Part shown: one piece after another, positions 28,201 through 34,126 of the stretch
Position numbering within the stretch: the first letter of the stretch is position 1
Layout: the number at the start of each line of letters is the position of its first letter
Source: a virus
Length of the DNA: 39,568 bases
Strand: one strand, 5' to 3'
IMG/VR virus record: IMGVR_UViG_3300045988_155041
Notes under the pieces: model-generated
What the model was told of the DNA's origin: nothing
Seen by the model: the letters and a program-made list of their open reading frames with translations, nothing else
Databases searched by the model: none
Position numbers and translations under genes: made by a program

Positions 28201-31200
28201 AATAAAGCTGCTTTAAGAGAGTTACAAAACAGAGTGAAGGAGATCCCAAGAGGCACGTATGAGAATAAGGCTACGGGATACAGGGCTGGCATAAATGGCA
28301 AAACGATAGGAAAAATTCTTAATCCAAAACCTAATTTTAATCCGTGGGGGAAAAATTACATTGATAATTTGAATGCGGCGCTATATTTACCAAATCTTTT
28401 TAAAAATGCTGTATATATAGACACCATAGAAAACCAGAAAAGTAAGAATGCCAATAAGCAAATAAGAGGTTTTCATCATTTTATAGCACCTATAACGATG
28501 AAAGATAATAATTATAGAGTAAAAATAACCGCAAGAGAAAAAGAAAACTCAAATCTTCTATATATTGTAGATACTGAAATACTACAAAATAAAGAAGATG
28601 TCGCATTACCAAACAATATGAATGGTAATTTCTTGACGACATCTTTTAAAATTAGTATACCCGACCTCATAAAAGATGTCAAGATATATAATTATGATAT
28701 GCAGGAAAATCAGACATATACATACGAGGATATAAAATTTTCCATAAAAGAAAACGCTACAAAGGCGGGAGAACTCCTTGAAGAAAACAGAAAGTTAAAA
28801 AGGATAAACGAAAATCTCATAGCGCAGTTTAAGATTACAGATGGCATGAAAATAAGAAACAATATAATAGAGGGTATAGCCCAAAGCCTTTTAGAAGACT
28901 ACGATAGCGAATATACTATTGACGCTTTGAAAAATGACCTTATGGCTCTATATAACTATATAGAAACAGCCGAAAATCTTACGATTCAAGACATAGCTGC
29001 CGGAGCGCGTATAGTAGGAGAAAGAATAGTAGAAAACAGAAACAAAAAAGGGATAACAGACGAAACAAAAGAAATCCTTGAAGACATTAGAACTGTCAAG
29101 ATAACTCTGGACGATGTTCAGAAAAAGGAGACCGCATATCATTTCGGAAGTTATGACAATTTCAGAAGAAAGAATTTCGGAAAGTTGAGAGTTACTGATA
29201 ACGGAACTGCCCTTGATACGAAGTGGCAGGAATGGGCGGTAGCCTATCCTCAACATTTCGATCCCAATATTTCTCCGGCGGACCAACCTATTAAGTTAAA
29301 CGATATAGTAGAAAGCCTTAGCGAAAGCTATATCGATACTCTCGGCATGAACGAAGACGAAGCTGCCATAATGGTAGGCCTTGACGTATACGAAAGGTAT
29401 TTCGATGTTCCGAGCGTAAAGACCTTCGCGGATAAAAAGAAAGCTGAAATGGACAAACTGAAGGCCGAGACCAAGGTTCTTATAAGGAGCGTAAAGGAAG
29501 AATACAGAGATAAAACGAAGAAATGGGCGGCAGACAGAAGGGAAACTGAATTAAAGCAAAGCTATAAAAGACGTATAACGACGGTAGTGAGAAGACTGAA
29601 TAGCACAATGGAGGCAAACAGTTACAGTAAAAATATACCGGACGCGATGAAAGGAGCCGTGTCGGAATTTATTAAGCCTTTTTTAAATGATAAAGAGGTC
29701 TTTGAAGAAGGAAGAAGTGCGAGGCTTGCTGATATGTATAACAGAATCGGCGAGAGAATGAAAGATGCGGAAGGAAATGAAGCGAGCAAGGATGACACAT
29801 ATGTTGACTTCATTTCCGCATACGACAAGGACATAGAGGATAGCATAAAGACCTTTAAAGAAGTTCTCAAAGACAAAACCCTCAATGACCTTAACAGCAG
29901 CGAGCTTTCTATAATCAAGGACACTCTTGACAATCTCTCAAAGATGTTAGAAACAGCAAATACTGTTTTTATCGCCGGAAAGAAAGCGAAGCTGGCGGAA
30001 GTAGGCGACGCTACCATAGCAGAGCATACTAAGGAAAAAGTGAAAGAAAGGCTGGCTATAACCGAAAATCAGTATTACAAGACCGTCAAATCCTTTGCAG
30101 ATAGTAATATTACGCCGGGATATTTTTTTAAAAGGCTCGGAGGGGCTTTTAGCGACCTATATAACGATTTTTTGGACGGTCAGGATAAATATGCCAACAT
30201 CATGCAAAACTCAAGAGAGAAGTTTAAGGAGATAGCTGAAAAGAACGGATATTATAATTGGGACAAGAAACAGAGGATAAAAATAGAAATAGGAGGAGAC
30301 GAACACGAGGTAACTCTTGAGCAGTTAATGCTCCTATATGCTACAGGCAGGCGTGAGCAGGAAAACGGCATGGAGTCTATGCACATATTTTCTGGCGGAG
30401 TCACGTTCAGAAATGCGAAAAAGACGAAAGAAAAGAAAATAGGGCCTATAAATGGGAAAATAAAATACACGGACAAACAAACCGGAATACCTATTACCTT
30501 TGACGAATATATAGAGGCGTGCGGAAAGCTGACGGAAAAACAAATCAATTTTACGGACGAGCTTGTAAAATATTTGTCTGAGGATATGGCCTCTTACGGC
30601 AATCAGGTAACGAGAGAAATGTACGGTATCAGTAAGTTCAATGAGAAATATTACATACCTTTTAACTCGGATTCTAATTTTATATACAGCAATTCCGGAG
30701 GTACGCAAGGGCTTGAAAACAGGCTCAAACACGCCTCATATACAAAAAATCTGACTTACGGGGCTAATAACCCGCTGATTTTAGACGATATTACGGACGT
30801 CTGGTCGGCGCATGTGGCGCAAATGGCTATGTACAGTTCGTTGATGAGGCCTATTGAAGAATTAAACAAGGTTCTTAATTATAAGAATGAGAATGGAATT
30901 ACTGTAAAGGCGCAACTTAATGCGACATATACAGGTGACACGGTTAATTACATACAAACCTTTATGCGAGACGTAAACGGAGGTTTGAGTTTGCCTAAAG
31001 AAGAACAGGTGATGAAGAAGCTGACTACACAGTTTAAAAAGGCCGCCACTTATGCTTCAATGTCGGTAGCCGTTCAGCAGCCTACGTCAATACTCAGGGC
31101 AATGTGTATGATAAATCCAAAATATTTTGCGGGCAGAAAAATAGAGGCGCCAAAAAAAGAGAAAAGACTTCAAACCTCGTCGTCGGCCGATTACGAACAA

Positions 31201-32430
31201 CTGAAACGATACGCTCCTATAGCTATAATAAAGCAAATGGGAAGATTTGACACAATGGTAGGAATGACGAGTAAAGACTATCTTACTCGCCGCGAATACG
31301 AAACGGTTAAGGGGAATGTAAAAAATATAGCTACAGATAAGCAAATGCTTCAGGATATATTAGGTTACGGGGCGAGCAAGGGAGACGAGATAGGCTGGGC
31401 CTCTTTGTGGAACGCCTGCAAGCGCGAGACTGCTGATAGGACTAAATTAAAAGGAGAGGCGCTTCTGCAAGAAGCGGGAAAACGCTTTAGAGAGGTGGCG
31501 AACTTAACGCAGGTTTATGATTCTGTTTTGTCAAAATCACAGCTTATGAGGCAGAAGACGTGGGGCGTGTCAATGATAACCGCGTTTATGGCCGAACCGA
31601 CGATAAGTCTTAATATGCTTATTGACGGAGTAATGGACGCGAAAAAGACGAAAAAAGCGAAATACGCGACTAAAACTCTCGCCGCTTTTCTAACTTCACA
31701 GCTGGCGGCGGCTATTCTTAAGTCATTTGTAACAGCCGCGAGAGACGACGACGAGGACAAAACCTATTGGGAAAGATTTTTCGGAAAGGCGGTCGGCGAG
31801 TCTTGGGGTAATATAAATCCTTTGTCATTAGTGCCTATGGCGAGGGATATAAACTCGCTTTTTGAAGGTTATTCCGTAGAAAGAGCAGACGTAGAGGTTA
31901 TTTCAAAGCTGGTAGACGCGGCTAAAAAAATATACGATACGGATACTCCTATAGGAGAGAAAATATCAAATATGATATTTGCCGTAGGCGATTTTGTAGG
32001 AGTACCGGCAAGAAACATTTGGAGAGATTTCAGGGCCATAGGTAATGTAGTAAGCGAGGCGGCGGACCCAAACAGGAAAGAGACGACGGCTTACGGAATA
32101 GAAGAATCTGTATTAGAAGAACTCGGAATGAAAAAAAGCTATACGGATTACGCCGAAGACTTATATAAGGTAGTAGATAAAGATTATGACGGTCAAAAGA
32201 AGATTCTTGAAGAATTGTCGGAAAGCTATAAACGGGAGATAGAAAACGGAGGGGACGCCGATAAGGTCAGGAGTAAAGTAAGAGGAGCTATAACAAGATA
32301 TCTAAAGCCTAAATATCAAGAGGCGGATAATTCCGAAAAAATAAAAATAAAGAAACTTCTTTTCAGAATACGAATAGGAGGAAAGGCGATTTATGATAAC
32401 GAAGATATAAAAAAATGGAACGAAGAATAA
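22249..32430 (+). CDS. Giant polyvalent virion protein (3,393 aa) with a zincin peptidase, an ART-type domain and a triplicated module
   Basis: One uninterrupted ORF with a strong RBS. Domain motifs are listed in the sub-features. Confidence 0.9.
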   Translation: MAKTKAIEYYAKKAKMLAQESIDYERENVVKYYSQKAKALAQESIDYERQVKDSAQKREIKKLASTYGFTESNIANASPFVQQKITTSENKKNTNITPRYKTAKETKEAIENLNKDIATNGMAFPAIEHGEAYQSFLKARSEYTKEYKKEKKTLTDEYNFLKDKEDEAKTKDLPEDLLELLDEYNRGHIDTTYNPFSYARSQDGYKYFGKELKYDGYTEKELKELAAARKRKTDEIDTIKALQEAYELSKESPVQGSIGSLVDNFAGGATGLFDLAGQYIKDPDRDFNVNTMSLRKSQTANAARSAVSEDIETPLLRKLYDVGMSIGDMVTASAGTLGYGTLPMFFAEAGVQNAIDLTERGTDSSTALAGGLAAGTFEVLFEKLSLGNLKALSRMNTSTLKGFGKEFAKTVGVNASEEAATEATNILYDTLANGDISNYSLRKEQIMAEGKTEEEAKTEIFNEFLSQIGDAALSGGLMGGMLAPAGIAVGNYRYSKQGKNLSEGQTEALKDYSSTSGGEAGRLYKEYQSKYSDKNAALGMMKEAADNEVISNLIESESLNDITEAYDNAVKLNTDEGTRRILDNVYNARVSQIFNKETAGETNAVVNSNGHTIGVNRSEEIRGGRNYTLSKDDVEVIKRTAGAKLQDGSEVIINGITDDNGELKYKTIEGKAVAPSEVTFNNDTTRELYQKAAEIEEPARNLFINTYPGDVSVGKFKNGFENFYDSGKLSGAVSFDMAKEMNSAFLENVINESAARKAYEAGQASITGNVNINDSIIRKSTAGTVVDNTVVNHLDEGVKELIGSIAKKTGIDFELTDEIIAGETARGERVYANGYFDKAVVKAVISGDADNAAEAAAHETTHFAFALNNKDMKKVSDLCIAYLAETSDAKTAEALIENKMKNVETREDAIEELTSDAIAGIISSEEGAKAFIEYLETDKNLTTAEKRTILEKIKDLIERVLESIKALAGQGHISDTAKVFAEAEYDRVSEILNLYTKALDKASEKLRKGERAEEGAGKVNTKFSLKNKNITEDTKIPFVIAEEYIDVPKNNKAALSELQNKVKQLPRSTYENKATGYRADITEETIKKAINPTHKNFNKHSSKYINNLNATLNFSELFENAVYIDTIENQKSKNANKNIKGFHHFVAPLRMKGADYRTLITAREKKNSNTLYVLGVEVLPMKKKMSQSATSLSGSRSKETSSMITIPDLIRDVKIYNYDTQENQTYTQENIKFSFIGEKALNKNNKSLEKAKEMESAGKTSEDIRKNTGWFRGGDNKWRFEIDSSKMRVDHRGKFHRNSAIRRRWELFDKLHVTNTATKADFQELMQLDRTLGTLTEPKKLGDLIDYPQLFEAYPQLADMDFSFVNLGDMDGGYSPLVNKIFIDESLKEDSQQMRQTLIHEIQHAIQEAEGFAKGSNLIGLNKAIEEAKRIEEKTDKQLDVAIDELFRLLDESGYIEQYGEDIDVLAEKEQDRIRAFFKENNKDGAEALEKVIKLWEENTRAITETARLQKISSHDYYMNSAGEIEARDVSNRLYFTEEQIRNIRPDIDNDAAIVRFSLKNKNITEDTKIPFVIAEEYIDVPKNNKAALSELQNKVKQLPRGTYENKATGYKANINSNTIKKALTPTHKKFNWFSEEYINNLNGILRLSELFKTAIYVDTISPMKNKKDNPNMKGFHHFVAPLGMKGGAYRALITAREKENSNTLYVLRVEVLPIEKTPLLTASSIGSQSVRAFSEISIPDLIRDVKIYNYDTQESQIYTQEDIKYSLLDSSGRKLTKKQAEYFKGSKARDDNGNLQIVYHGTNEAGFTVFNRNINFYSDSKELAKTYSNTNGLYEGYANIKNPLVIDVKGEKWSGIPVEYIELENIEDIFNEYGVDTFEDGGMERTSTADIASAIDEAVEEGQLNYDGIIFKNIYDEGSYSSGIGIILANDYVTFNKNQFKNITNENPTDDPDIRFSLKNKNITEDTKIPFVIAERYVDVPKNNKAALRELQNRVKEIPRGTYENKATGYRAGINGKTIGKILNPKPNFNPWGKNYIDNLNAALYLPNLFKNAVYIDTIENQKSKNANKQIRGFHHFIAPITMKDNNYRVKITAREKENSNLLYIVDTEILQNKEDVALPNNMNGNFLTTSFKISIPDLIKDVKIYNYDMQENQTYTYEDIKFSIKENATKAGELLEENRKLKRINENLIAQFKITDGMKIRNNIIEGIAQSLLEDYDSEYTIDALKNDLMALYNYIETAENLTIQDIAAGARIVGERIVENRNKKGITDETKEILEDIRTVKITLDDVQKKETAYHFGSYDNFRRKNFGKLRVTDNGTALDTKWQEWAVAYPQHFDPNISPADQPIKLNDIVESLSESYIDTLGMNEDEAAIMVGLDVYERYFDVPSVKTFADKKKAEMDKLKAETKVLIRSVKEEYRDKTKKWAADRRETELKQSYKRRITTVVRRLNSTMEANSYSKNIPDAMKGAVSEFIKPFLNDKEVFEEGRSARLADMYNRIGERMKDAEGNEASKDDTYVDFISAYDKDIEDSIKTFKEVLKDKTLNDLNSSELSIIKDTLDNLSKMLETANTVFIAGKKAKLAEVGDATIAEHTKEKVKERLAITENQYYKTVKSFADSNITPGYFFKRLGGAFSDLYNDFLDGQDKYANIMQNSREKFKEIAEKNGYYNWDKKQRIKIEIGGDEHEVTLEQLMLLYATGRREQENGMESMHIFSGGVTFRNAKKTKEKKIGPINGKIKYTDKQTGIPITFDEYIEACGKLTEKQINFTDELVKYLSEDMASYGNQVTREMYGISKFNEKYYIPFNSDSNFIYSNSGGTQGLENRLKHASYTKNLTYGANNPLILDDITDVWSAHVAQMAMYSSLMRPIEELNKVLNYKNENGITVKAQLNATYTGDTVNYIQTFMRDVNGGLSLPKEEQVMKKLTTQFKKAATYASMSVAVQQPTSILRAMCMINPKYFAGRKIEAPKKEKRLQTSSSADYEQLKRYAPIAIIKQMGRFDTMVGMTSKDYLTRREYETVKGNVKNIATDKQMLQDILGYGASKGDEIGWASLWNACKRETADRTKLKGEALLQEAGKRFREVANLTQVYDSVLSKSQLMRQKTWGVSMITAFMAEPTISLNMLIDGVMDAKKTKKAKYATKTLAAFLTSQLAAAILKSFVTAARDDDEDKTYWERFFGKAVGESWGNINPLSLVPMARDINSLFEGYSVERADVEVISKLVDAAKKIYDTDTPIGEKISNMIFAVGDFVGVPARNIWRDFRAIGNVVSEAADPNRKETTAYGIEESVLEELGMKKSYTDYAEDLYKVVDKDYDGQKKILEELSESYKREIENGGDADKVRSKVRGAITRYLKPKYQEADNSEKIKIKKLLFRIRIGGKAIYDNEDIKKWNEE
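24820..24834 (+). other. First HExxH motif (HETTH, aa 858-862) in the giant protein
   Basis: AAEAAAHETTHFAF. Possibly a second zincin-like module. Confidence 0.35.
25312..25949 (+). repeat. Intragenic module R1 (aa 1022-1234)
   Basis: KFSLKNKNITEDTKIPFVIAEEYIDVPKNNKAALSELQNKVKQLPR...KGFHHFVAPL...ITAREK.NSNTLYVL...IPDLIRDVKIYNYDTQE...IKFS. Confidence 0.9.
26053..26838 (+). other. Zincin-like metallopeptidase domain of the polyvalent-protein type
   Basis: GWFRGGDNKWRFEID ... LIHEIQHAIQEAEGFAKG (HExxH at nt 26446..26460) ... GEIEARDV. Confidence 0.65.
26914..27549 (+). repeat. Intragenic module R2 (aa 1556-1767)
   Basis: Paralogous to R1. Only the first residue and one further residue among the first 47 differ from R1, despite many synonymous nucleotide changes. 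Confidence 0.9.
27571..28080 (+). other. ADP-ribosyltransferase-like domain (ART-PolyVal type)
   Basis: EYFKGSKARDDNGNLQIVYHGT...FYSDSKELAKTY...IKNPLVID...IYDEGSY. The pattern is recalled from ART domains of polyvalent proteins. Confidence 0.6.
28114..28743 (+). repeat. Intragenic module R3 (aa 1956-2165)
   Basis: RFSLKNKNITEDTKIPFVIAERYVDVPKNNKAALRELQNRVKEIPR...RGFHHFIAPI...ITAREKENSNLLYIV...IPDLIKDVKIYNYDMQE...IKFS. Confidence 0.9.
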
Positions 32431-32452
32431 AAAGACGAGGCAGCGGGTTAGA
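32428..32452 (+). promoter_or_regulatory. Conserved 25-nt motif, copy D (taaaaagacgaggcagcGGGTTAGA)
   Basis: Starts at the stop codon of the giant gene. It forms the 5' arm and loop of the terminator hairpin. TATAAT lies at 32473..32478, and the motif's GGGTTAGA core ends 61 nt before the holin ATG. Confidence 0.5.
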
Positions 32453-32473
32453 AAAACGCTGCCTTACTTTTTT
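32439..32473 (+). terminator. Intrinsic terminator after the giant gene
   Basis: ggcagcg / cgctgcc stem with an 11-nt loop, then ttactttttt. Confidence 0.7.
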
Positions 32474-32513
32474 ATAATTAAGATATATTAAATTCGGAAA
32501 GAGAGGAATTGGA

Positions 32514-32729
32514 ATGGACAATAAAATTTACGACGTTTTAAAATGGATTGCCATGGTAGTATTGCCGGCATTAGGTACGCTGTATTTTGCTCTGGCCGGT
32601 ATATGGAACTTCCCTTACGGCGAGGAAGTAGTGGGAACCATAACAGCCGTTGACGCGTTCTTAGGCGCGCTGCTGGGGATTAGTACGGCAAACTATAAAA
32701 AGGCAAGCAAAACAGAAAGTGAGAAATAA
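32514..32729 (+). CDS. Holin (Dp-1 holin-like family)
   Basis: YDVLKWIAMVVLPALGTLYFALAGIWNFPYGEEVVGTITAVDAFLGALLGIS. Lies directly upstream of the endolysin. Confidence 0.7.
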   Translation: MDNKIYDVLKWIAMVVLPALGTLYFALAGIWNFPYGEEVVGTITAVDAFLGALLGISTANYKKASKTESEK

Positions 32730-32730
32730 T

Positions 32731-32988
32731 ATGAGCGACGAGAGCATTGTATTGATTTTAGGCTTCATGGCTACCTTAATCGGCGTTATGACCCCTATCA
32801 TTAAACTAAATACAACGATAACAAAACTAAATACCACTATGGAAAATTTCCAAAAACAAACTGAGGACAACCACAGGAATTTGGCTGACCGAGTAACCGT
32901 ACACGGGCGCAGCATAGACGAATTAGAAAAGACCGTGGCGGGAAACAGCCAGAGAATAAAATATATAGAAAAGGAGATAGGGAAATGA
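32731..32988 (+). CDS. Small membrane/coiled-coil lysis-cassette protein (XhlA-like candidate)
   Basis: ATG at 32731 preferred over the GTG at 32719. N-terminal TM helix plus a coiled coil. ATGA coupling to the endolysin gene. Confidence 0.5.
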   Translation: MSDESIVLILGFMATLIGVMTPIIKLNTTITKLNTTMENFQKQTEDNHRNLADRVTVHGRSIDELEKTVAGNSQRIKYIEKEIGK

Positions 32989-33953
32989 GCTACGAATACA
33001 TAACAAAATACGACAGTCCTAATTACGGATACCCGTCCAGCATGCCATTAAACCAGAGAACAACGGGGAATAATAAACCGGAGGAAATAGTAATACATCA
33101 TTGGGGTGAAGACGGCCAGAAGTTTGAGAATGTGGTTAATTGGCTGTGCAATCCGAAAGCGGGGACCTCAGCCCACTACGTGGTTGAGGCGGGAAGGGTC
33201 GCATGTATAGTAGACTGCAAGGACCCTGCGTGGCACAGCGGAAACAAGCCGCATAATTTAAAGTCTATAGGAATAGAGTGCAGGCCGGAAGCCACGGAGG
33301 AAGACTACAAGACAGTTGCGGAGCTTGTGGCCTACCTGTGGAGTGTGTACGGTAAATTACCGCTCATGCGTCACAAAGATATCGTCGCGACGGCGTGTCC
33401 GGGCAGGTGGGATATAGATAAACTAAGAGCCATGGCCGAGGAAATCTACAAGGGAGAAGAAGTATCGGAGCCGGCCAAAGAACCGGAAAAGCCTTCCGCC
33501 CCTGTCAGGACTATATCGGACGTATACGACGCCCCTAAGCCCCTGACAGTAAAAGAGGCTATAAAGGCCGGACAGGCTATATCGAATATCATATTAGGGA
33601 CAAATATACCCGAAGACGGAGAGTGGGGACCAAAAACTAAAGCTAACTGCGTGAAGATATTGCAGTGGGCCATAAATATGGATTATGGTGCCGGCCTTGA
33701 GATAGACGGAATCGCCGGAACTGCCACCAAGGACGCCTTGGGACAGCATACCGTGAGATACGGCGAAACACAGTACATGGTAACAGCTCTTGAGGTGTTA
33801 TTACTCATGAATGGGTATAACCCGCACGGAGTGGAGCTGCCGGGAGAGTTTGGCGCCGGCTGCCAGAAAGCTACAGGACAATTCCAATCGGGGAACGGCC
33901 TTACGGCGGATAAGATCGCTGGGCGAAATACATTTCTAAAGTTGATATTGTAA
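32985..33953 (+). CDS. Endolysin: N-acetylmuramoyl-L-alanine amidase (Amidase_2/PGRP) with a C-terminal PG-binding domain
   Basis: IVIHHWG...SAHYVV...AWHSGN...IGIEC...RHKDIVATACPG. The C-terminus has DGIAGTATKDAL and GLTADKIAGRNT repeats. Confidence 0.9.
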   Translation: MSYEYITKYDSPNYGYPSSMPLNQRTTGNNKPEEIVIHHWGEDGQKFENVVNWLCNPKAGTSAHYVVEAGRVACIVDCKDPAWHSGNKPHNLKSIGIECRPEATEEDYKTVAELVAYLWSVYGKLPLMRHKDIVATACPGRWDIDKLRAMAEEIYKGEEVSEPAKEPEKPSAPVRTISDVYDAPKPLTVKEAIKAGQAISNIILGTNIPEDGEWGPKTKANCVKILQWAINMDYGAGLEIDGIAGTATKDALGQHTVRYGETQYMVTALEVLLLMNGYNPHGVELPGEFGAGCQKATGQFQSGNGLTADKIAGRNTFLKLIL

Positions 33954-33957
33954 TGGA

Positions 33958-33986
33958 AGCGGGGCCTTTTAGCCCCGCTTTTTTCT
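33958..33986 (+). terminator. Intrinsic terminator after the lysis cassette
   Basis: aagcggggc cttta gccccgctt, followed by tttttc. Confidence 0.85.
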
Positions 33987-33995
33987 TTCTGATTA

Positions 33996-34037
33996 TTGAC
34001 ATATTAACTTCCCGCTTCCGGGGAACCAATATGTTAA
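33996..34037. promoter_or_regulatory. attP candidate 1: imperfect 19-bp inverted repeat (14/19 paired) around the centre 34015..34018
   Basis: ttgacatattaacttcccg cttc cggggaaccaatatgttaa. It lies in the gap between the lysis cassette and the integrase gene. Confidence 0.35.
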
Positions 34038-34081
34038 AGCACTGGACTACACACAAAGGTATAACATCCTGATATTTTTTG

Positions 34082-34123
34082 GTTGTAACTACTTCATTCC
34101 CTGTGGATTGAAGCAGTTACAAC
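34082..34123. promoter_or_regulatory. attP candidate 2 / hairpin: 15-bp inverted repeat (1 mismatch) with a 12-nt spacer, abutting the integrase stop
   Basis: gttgtaactacttca ttccctgtggat tgaagcagttacaac. There is no U-tract in the integrase transcript direction. Confidence 0.35.
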
Positions 34124-34126
34124 TAA

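Noticed and set aside
22386-31760. Many 60-180-aa minus-strand ORFs inside the giant gene (for example 24891..25430, 26799..27266, 29622..30017)
   Set aside because: All are antisense shadows of a single continuous, motif-rich + strand ORF. None has a convincing RBS.
22249-32430. Giant protein as an N4-like virion RNA polymerase that could read the 25-nt motif as a promoter
   Set aside because: The size is similar to N4 vRNAP, but I found no T7-like polymerase motifs or DxDGD-type catalytic loops. The recognisable domains are peptidase, ART and repeat modules. The motifs also precede late genes, not early ones.
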